64,000 nt of DNA from Candidatus Krumholzibacteriia bacterium (GTDB lineage Bacteria; Krumholzibacteriota; Krumholzibacteriia; Krumholzibacteriales; Krumholzibacteriaceae), in the NCBI GenBank assembly GCA_963836185.1, contig CAWIIQ010000001.1, positions 608,001 through 672,000 of the forward strand, written 5' to 3'. The notes beneath the pieces were generated by a model that had not been told where the DNA came from, made no database searches, and worked only from the letters and a program-made list of their open reading frames with translations. Position numbers and translations under genes: made by a program. Positions 38,154-48,614 of the stretch are shown piece by piece (position 1 is the stretch's first letter; every line of letters begins with the position of its first letter).

Positions 38154-39926
38154 TCAGTGGATGGCGTAGTGCAGGATCGTGCCGTTGGAGCCGGCGGCGT
38201 AGACGTTCAGCGCCGATATCCCCGTGATGGCCCGAAGATGTGCCGATACTCCCGAGTCAAGCTTCTCCCAATCCCTGCCGTCGTAGTAGAGGATCTCTCC
38301 GAATTCCCCGCTCGCGAAGACATCGTCGGGGCCGGCGCCCCAGACGGAGTAGAGTTTTCTCGATGTTCCGCTGTACATAGGCGACCATTCGGACCCGTTG
38401 AAGTGGATGATCGTTCCGAGCGATCCTACGGCGAAGATGTCCGTCGGGCCGCTCCCCCAGATCCCGAAGAGTGCGTGCGAGGTGGTCGTCGTCATCGTGT
38501 CCCACTCGGCGCCGTCGTAATGGAAGGCCGATCCGAGCCCGCCCACGGCGAAGATCTCTCCGGCCCCCGGCCCCCACACGTCATGAAGCCATTCATCGGT
38601 CGGCCGGGGCAGTTCATCCCAGGACGATCCATCGAAGTGCGCGACGAGTCCGAACGACCCGACGCCGTATATGTCGCTGCTTGAAGATCCCCAGAGAGAG
38701 TTGATCTCCCAGCCGAGGGGAAGCTGCGTAGATGACCAGCCTATGCCGTCGAATTCTATCAGGAGACCTATCTGGCCGGCCGAGATCACTTCTCCACCGG
38801 GGAGTCCTTCGATAGTATAGAGCTCCTGGGTCCCGCCGTACGACATCGCGTTCCACCTGCCGCCGGTCTTGCGAAGGATAGAGCCCGAGCTCCCCACGGC
38901 GAAGATCCCGTTCGATTCATCGCTCCAGGCGCCGAACAGGTGCTGCGAAAATGGATTGCTCACGGGCAGCCACTGTGTGTCTTCGAACTCGAGTAATTCG
39001 CCGCCGAATCCCACAGCTATTCCGGTGGAGCCATCGCCGGTGATGTCGAGCGCGTGAAGCTTGTGTGTGTCGGGCTGGACCCGCGGGTAAGGCCTCCACG
39101 ATCCTCCTTCGTAATAGAGGACCGTGCCGTGGTCGCCGACCGAGAAGATCCGGTCAGCCGATGTGCCGTCGATAGCGAGAAGGTGCTCGTCGGTGCCGCT
39201 GTCCACGGCCTCCCATATCATCCCGTTGAATCTCATCATGTCGCCGTAAAGTCCGACAGCGAATATCTCACCTTCCGGAATTCCCCAGATCCCCCTGAAG
39301 TACCGTCCTCCTCCGCCCGGCATCTCAATCCAGCCGCCGCCGTCGTATTTCATTATCAGGCCCGAGTTGCCGACTATGATCAGGTCCTGCGGCGATGTTC
39401 CCCAGATCCCGTAGATGTCGTCTTCGAAGACGGTCGGCATCAACGACCATGACATACCGTCGTAGCGGATCACGGTCCCGCCGTCACCGGCGGCGAAGAT
39501 CACGCCACCCGGGAACCCGAAGATACAGTTGAGGTCCGCGGTCGTCACCGAATCGGCCCTGTTCCACGAGATACCGTCGTAATTGACGATCACTCCGCTG
39601 TTGCCGACTGCCCAGATCTCGCTTCCCGATATCCCGTATATCGCATTGAGGGAGGCAGTGACGGGGCTTTCCATCGATATCCAGCCGGAACTTTCCTTGT
39701 GCATGATCATGCCGCCGTCGCCGACGGCTATGGCGCCGCCTGCCCCGGGGTCATAGACTCCCCTCAGCGTCCGTATCGTCGCTTCGATCCGCCACCAGGC
39801 TTCGGGGCCGGTGTCGATCTGCGGTCCGGACGGATCGTCTCCGCCGCAGGACGAGAAGGCGAGCGCTGCGACTGCTGCGATTATGATGCCTGATGTGCGT
39901 TTCACGTTGTATTTACGGCGTTCCAT
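38154..39926 (-). CDS. Lipoprotein made of 14 ~39-aa beta-propeller repeats
   Basis: Lipobox FSS-CGG; 14 copies of L..IWG....IFAVG..G.I..YDG..W. Confidence 0.88.
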   Translation of the reverse strand: MERRKYNVKRTSGIIIAAVAALAFSSCGGDDPSGPQIDTGPEAWWRIEATIRTLRGVYDPGAGGAIAVGDGGMIMHKESSGWISMESPVTASLNAIYGISGSEIWAVGNSGVIVNYDGISWNRADSVTTADLNCIFGFPGGVIFAAGDGGTVIRYDGMSWSLMPTVFEDDIYGIWGTSPQDLIIVGNSGLIMKYDGGGWIEMPGGGGRYFRGIWGIPEGEIFAVGLYGDMMRFNGMIWEAVDSGTDEHLLAIDGTSADRIFSVGDHGTVLYYEGGSWRPYPRVQPDTHKLHALDITGDGSTGIAVGFGGELLEFEDTQWLPVSNPFSQHLFGAWSDESNGIFAVGSSGSILRKTGGRWNAMSYGGTQELYTIEGLPGGEVISAGQIGLLIEFDGIGWSSTQLPLGWEINSLWGSSSSDIYGVGSFGLVAHFDGSSWDELPRPTDEWLHDVWGPGAGEIFAVGGLGSAFHYDGAEWDTMTTTTSHALFGIWGSGPTDIFAVGSLGTIIHFNGSEWSPMYSGTSRKLYSVWGAGPDDVFASGEFGEILYYDGRDWEKLDSGVSAHLRAITGISALNVYAAGSNGTILHYAIH

Positions 39927-40062
39927 AGCCAGTATCTCCTCGGGCGGGGGCCGTAGTGGGGCCTTCGGGGCTTACCCTTGAAATCTAATGCTTTTTTTTG
40001 CCGATAGACAGCAGATTTGTTCTGAGGACCGGGCCAGTGAGGGATCGGCCGAAGTCAGCGGA

Positions 40063-40998
40063 TCAACCGCTGTCTCTTTCCCGTGCGGTATAGAATGTCT
40101 CGCCGTCGTGGTCGTCTGCCCTGACCGATCCTTTCTCGATCATCATCCCGAGGAGCTTGATCACACCCTGGATAGGTACCCCGAGGGCGTGGTGGATGTC
40201 TTCGGCGGTGCAGGGCCGCCTCTCGATCATCGACAGGATGCGGTCGGCCGAGGCGAATTCCTCGTGGCTCGCCCTCGTTCCGACAGATGCGACTATCTCG
40301 CAGCCGGGGCCGAAAAGGGCGCAGATGCTCTCGAGCCTTCCCCTGGAGAGCGCGGATATCCCGCTCTCCGTTCCGGGCCTGACGGCTGTGTTGAGCTGGA
40401 TCGAGTCGACCCTGTGCTTTCTGATGAAAGCGGCGAGCGCATCGAGGTCCTCGTCCCCGGTATTGTACCCGTCGAGAAAGAGGATCTCGAAGAGGACCTT
40501 CCCGCCGTATCCGTCCAGAAAGGCGCCGAGCCCTTCGATCATGCGGTTGAGCGTGATATCGTGGTGAGGCCTGTTCATCCTCGAGAACGGTCCGGGGAGA
40601 GCCGAATCGAGAGAGGGAAGAACGATGTCGGCTCGGCCGAGCTCGTCGCGAACCTCCGGCATGAAGAGAAGCGAGGAGTTCGTGATGACGGCCACCGGTA
40701 TGCCGGACATCTTTTTTATGGTCTCTGTCAGCTCCCCGAGCCGACTGTAGAGGGTGGGCTCTCCCGCGCCGGAAAGAGTTATGACATCGGGAGGAGTCGT
40801 TATCTCCGCGAGCGAGTCGCGCAGCTCCTCGAGGATCTCCTCGAGGGGGAAGAACTCTCTTCGTTCGCATGTGAGGTCGGTCGTCGCGCCGCATTCGCAG
40901 TAGATGCAGTCGAAGGTGCATGTCTTGTAGGGCACGACGTCGACGCCGAGAGACCGGCCGAGCCTTCGCGACGGTACGGGGCCGAATATTCTGCTCAT
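40063..40998 (-). CDS. Radical SAM protein
   Basis: FGPVPSRRLGRSLG, CTFDCIYC, SGAGEPTL, ITNSS. Confidence 0.93.
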   Translation of the reverse strand: MSRIFGPVPSRRLGRSLGVDVVPYKTCTFDCIYCECGATTDLTCERREFFPLEEILEELRDSLAEITTPPDVITLSGAGEPTLYSRLGELTETIKKMSGIPVAVITNSSLLFMPEVRDELGRADIVLPSLDSALPGPFSRMNRPHHDITLNRMIEGLGAFLDGYGGKVLFEILFLDGYNTGDEDLDALAAFIRKHRVDSIQLNTAVRPGTESGISALSRGRLESICALFGPGCEIVASVGTRASHEEFASADRILSMIERRPCTAEDIHHALGVPIQGVIKLLGMMIEKGSVRADDHDGETFYTARERDSG

Positions 40999-41139
40999 AA
41001 GTTTCCCCCTTCTATTCTGAATCTATTACAAGGTCTCTCTTTCCGCTACCCCAAATGCTTGCGCAAATGCGTCATATTGTTCATTATGTCTGCGTAACGC
41101 CGATAATCATTATGACCATCATGATAGTGGAGGTTCGCG

Positions 41140-43005
41140 ATGAGCGGACGTATCGCGAAGATGTACAGGCAGAAGCTCCGTGAGATAGACGATATCCTGA
41201 AACTGATCAAGGCGGGGAGCAGGATCTTCATCGGCTCGGGCGCCGCCGAGCCTCAGCTCCTCATCAAGATGTTGATCGAGAAGGGCAGCCATATAGCGGA
41301 CCACGAGACTATCAACCTCATCGAACTCGGCACCACTCCCTACACGGAGGCGGTGATGAGCCGCCCCTTCAAGCAGAACGCCTTCTTCATAGGACAGAAC
41401 GTCCGCGACGCGGTCAACGAGGGGCGCGCCGAGTACACTCCGATATTCCTCTCCGAGCTGCCCGACCACATAAGGAGCGGCCAGCTCAAGATCGATGTGG
41501 CCTTCATACAGGTGGCACCTCCCGACAGGTACGGGTACTGTTCGCTCGGGGTCTCGGTCGACGTCGTCAAGGCCGGTGCCGAGGCGGCCAAGCTGGTCAT
41601 AGCCGAGGTCAACAAGCAGATGCCCCGCACGCTCGGCGACAGTTTTATCCATATCAATGACATCGACTATGTCGTCGAGAGCGACCTGCCCCTTATCGAA
41701 TGGTCGCCGCCGGAGCCGGACGAGGTGGCGATGAGTATCGGTCAGAACGTGGCGAAGCTGATCGGGGACGGCGCGACGATACAGGCCGGTATCGGGATGA
41801 TACCGAACGCGATCCTCTCCTTCCTGACCGACAAGAACGACCTCGGCATCCATTCCGAGATGTTCTCGGACGGGATAATCGACCTCGTTGAGACGGGCGT
41901 CATCACGAACAGGAAAAAGACGCTTCATAACGGCAAGATAGTCGCCACATTCTGCATGGGTACGCAGAGGCTATACGATTTCGTCCATGACAATCCGCTT
42001 ATCGAGTTCCACCCGTGCGACTACACGAACGATCCGTTTATAATCGCGCAGAACGAGAAGATGATATCGATAAATGCCGCCATCCAGGTCGATCTTACCG
42101 GCCAGGTATGCGCCGACTCTATCGGCGAGTACTTCTACTCGGGTATCGGCGGACAGGTCGATTTCGTCCGCGGCGCGGCACGCTCGAAGGGGGGCAAGCC
42201 GGTCATCGTCATCCCGTCGACGGCGAAGGACGGGACCGTCTCGAGGATAGTCCCCTTCCTCGACCAGGGGGCAGGAGTGGTCACGTCGCGCGGCGACGTC
42301 CACTACGTTGCGACCGAGTTTGGTATGGTCAACCTCCATGGGAAGAACCTCCGCGAGAGGGCGCTGGCGCTTATCGACATCGCCCACCCCGATTTCAGGA
42401 ACGAGCTGATCGACTACGCGAGGCAGAGGCACCTCGTCCACATGGACCAGATGCCGATGACTTCGGGGAAGTACTACCCGGTCGAGATCGAGGAGACGGC
42501 CCTGTTCGGAGATGTCGAGGTCTTCTTCAGGCCGGTCAAGCCCTCCGATGAGGACCTCGAGAGGGAGTTCTTCTACAGCCTCAGCGATGAGTCGGTCTAC
42601 TACCGGTTCTTCAACATCGTCAAGGCGATGCCGCACGAGAAACTGCAGCCGCTCGTCAACATCGACTACCGCACCGAGATGGCGATAGCTGGATTCATCG
42701 GCGAGCCGGGCGAGGAGGAGATGGTCGCCATCGGGCGGTACAAGACCGACCCGGCAGACAATCTAGCCGAGATCGCTTTTCTCGTCCGCGACGACTGGCA
42801 GCAGAGAGGAATAGGGACGCACCTCTTCAACAAGCTTACCGATCACGCGATCAAGCGCGGGCTGAACGGGTTCAAAGCCGAGGTGCTCGCGCAGAACAAG
42901 AAGATGATGTATGTCTTCCACAAGAGCAGGTTCCCCGTAAAGACGAAGCTCGAGGATGGAGCCTACTATCTCGAGATCATGTTCTCGGCCGGGGAGAAGA
43001 AATGA
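41140..43005 (+). CDS. Acetyl-CoA hydrolase/CoA-transferase fused to a GNAT acyltransferase
   Basis: CSLGVSVD, GIHSEMFSDG (catalytic Glu), SGIGGQVDF; C-term SVYYRFF, AEIAFLVRDDWQQRGIGT. Confidence 0.93.
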   Translation: MSGRIAKMYRQKLREIDDILKLIKAGSRIFIGSGAAEPQLLIKMLIEKGSHIADHETINLIELGTTPYTEAVMSRPFKQNAFFIGQNVRDAVNEGRAEYTPIFLSELPDHIRSGQLKIDVAFIQVAPPDRYGYCSLGVSVDVVKAGAEAAKLVIAEVNKQMPRTLGDSFIHINDIDYVVESDLPLIEWSPPEPDEVAMSIGQNVAKLIGDGATIQAGIGMIPNAILSFLTDKNDLGIHSEMFSDGIIDLVETGVITNRKKTLHNGKIVATFCMGTQRLYDFVHDNPLIEFHPCDYTNDPFIIAQNEKMISINAAIQVDLTGQVCADSIGEYFYSGIGGQVDFVRGAARSKGGKPVIVIPSTAKDGTVSRIVPFLDQGAGVVTSRGDVHYVATEFGMVNLHGKNLRERALALIDIAHPDFRNELIDYARQRHLVHMDQMPMTSGKYYPVEIEETALFGDVEVFFRPVKPSDEDLEREFFYSLSDESVYYRFFNIVKAMPHEKLQPLVNIDYRTEMAIAGFIGEPGEEEMVAIGRYKTDPADNLAEIAFLVRDDWQQRGIGTHLFNKLTDHAIKRGLNGFKAEVLAQNKKMMYVFHKSRFPVKTKLEDGAYYLEIMFSAGEKK

Positions 43006-44171
43006 GCGACGCGGTATTCGTATATTCGCCGGCACTCGCCGGATTCGAACTCTCCCCCGATCACCCGTTCAAGCCTGAGCGGGCGAGGCTCACATACGAT
43101 ATGTGCGCCGGCCGCGGCCTTCTCACCGGTGACGGCGTGCGAGTCGAAGAGTTCGCCGAACCGGAAGAGGGCCTGCTCGAAAGCTGGCACACCGCGGAAT
43201 ATATCTCCCTTCTCGAAAGAGCGGAGAGCGGGCGTGAGGTAGATGTCGAGATGCTTTACCACGGCCTCGGCACAGCCGAGAACCCCGTTTTCAAGGGAGT
43301 CCATACATACTCGAAGCTTGCCGCGACAGCGAGCGTCATCGCGGCGAGGGCCGCGGCGGCCGGAGGGTCGGCTTTCAATCCCTGCGGCGGATTCCATCAC
43401 GCGCACCGTGACAGGGCGTCGGGCTTCTGTTATGTGAACGACGCCGTGATCGCTGTTCTAGAGCTGAGAAAGAAGGGCCTGAGAGTGGCCTATGTCGATA
43501 TCGACGCTCACCATGGCGACGGCGTGCAGGAAGCTTTCTACGACGACCCGGAAGTCCTTGCCATCTCTGTCCATGAGTCGGGCAGGACCCTTTTCCCGTG
43601 GGGCGGGTTTGAGAAGGAGACGGGGGCGGGCGGGGCGAAAGGGTATAATATTAATGTCCCGCTCGAGCCGGAGACGGACGACAACACCTTCCTGTTCCTT
43701 TTCTCCGAGATAGTGATGGACGCTCTGGGCCTCTTCGAGCCCGAGGTCATCGTGGGAATATTCGGGACAGACACTTTCGCCACCGATCCGCTGACCCACC
43801 TGAAGATGACGAACAACGGATATATCGACGCGGTCGCAATGCTCCGCTCGCGCTTTCCGAGGATCGCCGCTCTCGGCGGCGGAGGGTACAACATGGAAAA
43901 CGCGGTCCGCGGCTGGACCCTTCTCTTCGCGGAGCTTGCCGGGAGGGATATCGAGGGAGGGTACGGAGGCGCTCTCGGCGGCGTCCTGCTCGGCGATCCG
44001 TCGATAGTCGGTTCCGACCTCAGGGACATGCATGTCTACACATCGGGAAAGGCGCTGGATGTGATCAGGGAGCGCTCCGAAGCGCTCATCGGGTGGTATC
44101 GCGGACGAAATCCGGCCGATTCTCGGCTGAAAATAGCGTTAAATCAGCACTTCCGGGCCGAAAGTGTTTGA
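43002..44171 (+). CDS. acuC: AcuC-like zinc-dependent deacylase (HDAC family)
   Basis: HPFKPER, GGFHHA, SGFCYVND, DIDAHHGDGV, TDPL, GGGGY; the true stop may be about 44130 if there is a one-base insertion near 44101. Confidence 0.9.
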   Translation: MSDAVFVYSPALAGFELSPDHPFKPERARLTYDMCAGRGLLTGDGVRVEEFAEPEEGLLESWHTAEYISLLERAESGREVDVEMLYHGLGTAENPVFKGVHTYSKLAATASVIAARAAAAGGSAFNPCGGFHHAHRDRASGFCYVNDAVIAVLELRKKGLRVAYVDIDAHHGDGVQEAFYDDPEVLAISVHESGRTLFPWGGFEKETGAGGAKGYNINVPLEPETDDNTFLFLFSEIVMDALGLFEPEVIVGIFGTDTFATDPLTHLKMTNNGYIDAVAMLRSRFPRIAALGGGGYNMENAVRGWTLLFAELAGRDIEGGYGGALGGVLLGDPSIVGSDLRDMHVYTSGKALDVIRERSEALIGWYRGRNPADSRLKIALNQHFRAESV

Positions 44172-44259
44172 AAGCGTACCGGCCATTTTATAACTTTACT
44201 CCGCCCGGCGCGGGGACCTGCGCCAGATATCCGGATCACCGCTGTAAGGAGCGGAGAAG

Positions 44260-45732
44260 ATGTACGAACGTTATCTCAGCATAGTCGAGGCAGAACTCGG
44301 ATCTCTCATCGACGCGATAGGAGACGCGAAGGGCCCCGAGGAAATCTCGAAAAAGGTCTTCGAGGCCTCGGAGACGGTCCATTACGGCCGTATCGGGAGT
44401 GACGATGAACTCCGCAGGCTCATGTACGAAGTCATCCGTCTGGCCAAGCCCCCTGTTCTCTCCAGGGCGTGGGAGGAGGCATGGGGCAATCTTTTCTCCC
44501 TGCTGATCGAGTATTCACTCGCCTCGGGCGATGGCCCGGGCCTGGTGATCTCTCTTCTCTACGGCGAGGAAAAGATGCCCGACGTATCGGCCGAGACGAT
44601 ACTCTGCATCAATCCCGGATCGACCTCGACGAAGGTGGCCCTGTACAACGGGCTTAACCTCCGTGCTTCCGACGAGGTCCACCTGCCTCCCGATTTCAAG
44701 GACGGCATCGATGCGAGAGCAGGAGCGATAGCCCAGTGGCTCGAGAAGCTCGGGCTCGAGCAGGGGCAGCTGACGGGGATCGCATGCAGGGGCGGTTTCG
44801 TCGAACCCGTTCCGACCGGCACCTACGAGGTCGTCAAGGAGATGGTCGACGACCTCTCCGAACCGAGGATCGAGCATGCGTCTAATATGGCGATTCCGAT
44901 CGGGCTGGCGCTGAGGGAGAAGTTCTCGGGAGGCCGGGAGATCCTCGTTACGATGTCCGATCCGGTCGCCAGCGACGAGATGGCGACTACGGCGAGGCTT
45001 ACCGGTATCCAGAAACTGCTCAGGGACGGTTCCGGTGCTCATTATCTCAACCAGAACGCCGTGCATGATCTCGCTTCCGCCGTACTCGGCAAGAGGCGCG
45101 ATGAGCTCGTCACCATCGGCGCGCATCTCGGGGGCGGGGTATCTATCGTCCGGCACAGCGACGGGAAGGTCGACGACCTGGTGAATGCTTTTGCCGGTGT
45201 TCCCAGCGCGAACCGCTCGGGAAGCATGACCCTCGACATCATCTTCCGGGCGATCGAGGAAAACAGGATCAGCCTCGCCGAACTGCGCAGCTACCTCTTC
45301 AAGACGGGCGGGATGATAGACCTTACAGGCACTAACGATTTCAGGGCGCTTCTGCATTTCCGCGATTCAGGAGCGGTCGGCAGGCAGCGCGAGAAGATAG
45401 AGCATGTGATCGATTTCATGGCGACATCGATAGCCGGAGCGGTGATGAAACTCGCCGCCGTAGAAGGCGCGATCGACCTCGTCATCCTTACCGGCGGGCT
45501 CTCGAGAAGCGGCGAGTTCACCGGACGCATCAAGCGGAAGATATTCCCATATTTCCCCGTCGTTATAATCCCCGGTTCGATCGAGCACGAGGCGATGGTC
45601 GCGGGGCATTACCGCGCGGTGCATGTTCCCGGGATGATGAAGGATTACGTGACCGAAAGAGACGCCTCAGAAAGAAGAGGCTGGATGAGAAGGAGATGCT
45701 CACGACCGAGATCTTCGCGCATCCGCACCTGA
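44260..45732 (+). CDS. buk: Butyrate kinase with ~110-aa N-terminal extension; probably the 5' part of a Buk-Ptb fusion
   Basis: INPGSTSTK, CRGG, EHASN, DPV..DE, HLGGGVS, GTND, LTGG. Confidence 0.88.
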   Translation: MYERYLSIVEAELGSLIDAIGDAKGPEEISKKVFEASETVHYGRIGSDDELRRLMYEVIRLAKPPVLSRAWEEAWGNLFSLLIEYSLASGDGPGLVISLLYGEEKMPDVSAETILCINPGSTSTKVALYNGLNLRASDEVHLPPDFKDGIDARAGAIAQWLEKLGLEQGQLTGIACRGGFVEPVPTGTYEVVKEMVDDLSEPRIEHASNMAIPIGLALREKFSGGREILVTMSDPVASDEMATTARLTGIQKLLRDGSGAHYLNQNAVHDLASAVLGKRRDELVTIGAHLGGGVSIVRHSDGKVDDLVNAFAGVPSANRSGSMTLDIIFRAIEENRISLAELRSYLFKTGGMIDLTGTNDFRALLHFRDSGAVGRQREKIEHVIDFMATSIAGAVMKLAAVEGAIDLVILTGGLSRSGEFTGRIKRKIFPYFPVVIIPGSIEHEAMVAGHYRAVHVPGMMKDYVTERDASERRGWMRRRCSRPRSSRIRT

Positions 45733-46691
45733 GGCGCCGCGAGAACGTTCCCGTTACGAGCCTCGATGAGCTGATGTATGTCGCCCGCGCGATGGTCGCG
45801 AAAAAGAAGGCCCCGAAGATAGCCATCGTCGGCGCTGAGAACGAGGATGCCCTGATCGCGGCGAAACAGGCCAACGAGGAGGGCCGGTTCCCGATCGCGA
45901 AGTTCCTCCTCGTCGGCGATTACTACGAGGTCAACAAGCTCGCCTGGGAGTACGACATCAAGGTCGACGGCGACAACTACACGATCGTCGATTCGGACGA
46001 TCCTGTCGCGAGGGCGGTCGAGCTTCTCGACTCGGGTGAGGCCGATTTCCTGATGAAGGGTGCCGTCAAGACAGCGGAGATCATGGGCGGGACGCTGAAA
46101 TATCTCAAGGGCAGCGGCAGGATGAAGAAAGGCTCGATCTACAGTCATGTCGGGTTCTTCCAGATTCCCACCTACCCGAAGCTCCTCGCCGTTACCGACG
46201 CCGCGCTGATACCGAATCCTACCAGCAAGCTCAGGCACAAGATCCTCCAGAACGCGCTGACCGTCTGTGGCTATCTCAATATCGAGAAGCCGAGGGTCGC
46301 CGTCATCTCCGCGGTCGAGACTGTGACGCCGAGCGTCGAATCCTCGACCGAGGCCCACGAATTCGCCTCCGAATACGCGGACCGCGAGGATGTCATCGTC
46401 GAAGGCCCTCTGTCGCTCGATGTCGCGATGGATCCCCATTCGGCAAGAGAGAAGCATTACTCCGGGAAGATCAAGGGGAACGCCGATATCCTTCTGATGC
46501 CTGACATCGAGGCGGGAAACGTCGTCTACAAATCACTTACCGTATCCTCAGGCGCTTACCTTGCCGGCGTCATCATGGGGGCGGGGGTGCCGATAGTCCT
46601 GACATCAAGAGGCGATTCGTCGCGCTCCAAGCTTGCTTCGATCGCTCTGGCCTGTATTGTCGCTATGAAGCAGTCGGATGACGGGGAGTAG
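45696..46691 (+). CDS. ptb: Phosphate butyryltransferase; probably the 3' part of a Buk-Ptb fusion
   Basis: LMKGAVKT, TDAA, SAVE, EGPLSLDVA, PDIEAGN..YK, IVLTSRGDS. Confidence 0.9.
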   Translation: MLTTEIFAHPHLRRRENVPVTSLDELMYVARAMVAKKKAPKIAIVGAENEDALIAAKQANEEGRFPIAKFLLVGDYYEVNKLAWEYDIKVDGDNYTIVDSDDPVARAVELLDSGEADFLMKGAVKTAEIMGGTLKYLKGSGRMKKGSIYSHVGFFQIPTYPKLLAVTDAALIPNPTSKLRHKILQNALTVCGYLNIEKPRVAVISAVETVTPSVESSTEAHEFASEYADREDVIVEGPLSLDVAMDPHSAREKHYSGKIKGNADILLMPDIEAGNVVYKSLTVSSGAYLAGVIMGAGVPIVLTSRGDSSRSKLASIALACIVAMKQSDDGE

Positions 46692-46700
46692 ACGAAACGG

Positions 46701-48306
46701 TCAGAATACATACCTCAGGTCGATGAAGTAGCCGGTGATGTTCTCCGGGACGATATCACTTCCAGTATACATGTCGAGAAAGAGCTTTTCCCTGTATCTC
46801 AGCGAGAAACCGAGCGACGCGTAATAGCTGCTGGTGAATCCGTTGTTTTCCGTTTCGATCTCCTGCGGGGCGAGCGGATCGTCAGACTGTCCGTAATCCA
46901 TCAGGAAAGTGTTTGTCCGCACGCTGCGGTTCCATGTAAAGGTCATGCCGAATCCCGAGTAGAGGTGAAAGAATGATGCGGGCCTGAACTCGATCGCGAT
47001 CGGCAGCACAAGCTCGGTCCGCGAATCGGTCCTCTCGAACGAGAGGGGAAAGCGGGTCTCGAACGATGCGGAAGTGCCGTCCTCGAGCATGTACGAATCG
47101 ATGCCGGCTTCGCCGCTCTCTTCGAATTTTTCCCTCCAGTAGTTGATATGGGCGCCAGGCGTGATGTCGAGCCTTGTCTCGATGGCGACGGTCCTGCCCA
47201 TCCTGAATACCGCCTCGGACCTCGACCGGGTGCCCTCGCCGGGGTACCAGGACGAATCCTTTATCTGCAGGTCTTCATAATCGCCCCACGTGTACTGTGT
47301 ATAGAGGTTCTGCCAGTCGCATTCGTAGCTGCCCCTTTCGTACCCGCCCGCGGCGAGGATGACGATACCGCTGGTGGTTTTCTTTTTCACGAAGGCGGAG
47401 AGCTGCCAGGAATCACCCATACGGTCCTCGCGGAATTCCCACAGCCTGTAGGAGTACTGGTCTATCTCGTGGGTATAGTCGTCATACCTGCTCTCGACGG
47501 AAAGGTCGTAGTCGTCCGTCACTGCGCTGCCCTCGGCGTATCCTCCCCGGAAAGCGAGCTCTCCCGCTTCCTCCCAGGTGAGCCCGGCCTCGAGATACCC
47601 GGTGAAGAGCTTCTTCGCATTGCTGTAGAGCTCATCCGTCGATCTGTCGCGGTAGATATTGATACTCCCCGGAATCGGTGTCGAATTCGTACCCTTCCCA
47701 GGCATACCTGTATCGTCTCTTGTAGTCGTAGTAACTGTAGGTGCCCCCGGCCCGGATCCCGAGGACCATGCGGTCCCCGATCTTTCCGGCCGAGGCAATA
47801 TCGAGCCGGAAGAAATTATCGTCGCTGATCATGCAGTCCTCACGCAGCTCGACGCCGAAACTCCCGCTGTAGTCCCTGTTGACCGGATTGGTACCGGACT
47901 GATTGCAATTATCGTTGTGGTGAAGGCCCCACTCCGTGTCGATGGCCCATTTCAGCCCCCAGGCGCTGATACCGTAGATCCTGATCTCGTTCGTCATCTT
48001 CGAGTACGTGTTGTAAAAATCCGGATCAAGGTCTTCACCGGCCATCGGAAATGTAAGGGACCGGCCGGGACTGCTCCTGTAACCGTAGTTGATCGTAAGC
48101 GATTCCGTGTCCCAGGCGCGGGCGGGATTCAGTGTGAGGTCGGTAAGGCCGTCGGGGATCACCCCGGTGAAGTTTTGGCCCAGGGCGTAGATCCTCGACG
48201 AGATATTACCCCTTCTGAAGGCCGATTGCGCCTGAGTGCGCGTTGACGGGAGGATGGAAATGGCCGTGAACAGCACGGCCGCGGCTAAATATCGGGAGGA
48301 TCTCAT
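46701..48306 (-). CDS. Secreted/outer-membrane beta-barrel-like hypothetical protein; frameshift ~47655
   Basis: Signal peptide, DLTLNPA motif, aromatic beta-strands, terminal YVF; two overlapping ORFs join. Confidence 0.65.
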
Positions 48307-48614
48307 CTACCCCTCATTGTTGTTACGCTTCTTGCTCGGAGTTGGAAAGATACCCCATCGGTCCTGCCCATTCCAGCGGAAAAGGGCCGGCTTTCAGGCG
48401 CGCCTGGATCTGGGGATGACATAAATCGTTGATATATGTGAAGATATTTGATAAAATAGGCAACTGTGAATCGAAGGCCCAAAGGGTCCGCCTCTAACCT
48501 CGTATAAGCCGGTTCCGTAAAGGAGGTGCAGCGGAACTGCCCGGAAAAATCTCAGATTGTCGCTGAAGCGGTTCAATTGATCAGGACGATAATTAAGGAC
48601 AGGGAGATCGAAGG

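Noticed and set aside
40063-40998. Radical SAM as a RiPP maturase or as partner of the Memo protein
   Set aside because: No SPASM cysteines or precursor peptide nearby; it is a different subfamily from the AmmeMemoRadiSam enzyme and lies 20 kb away.
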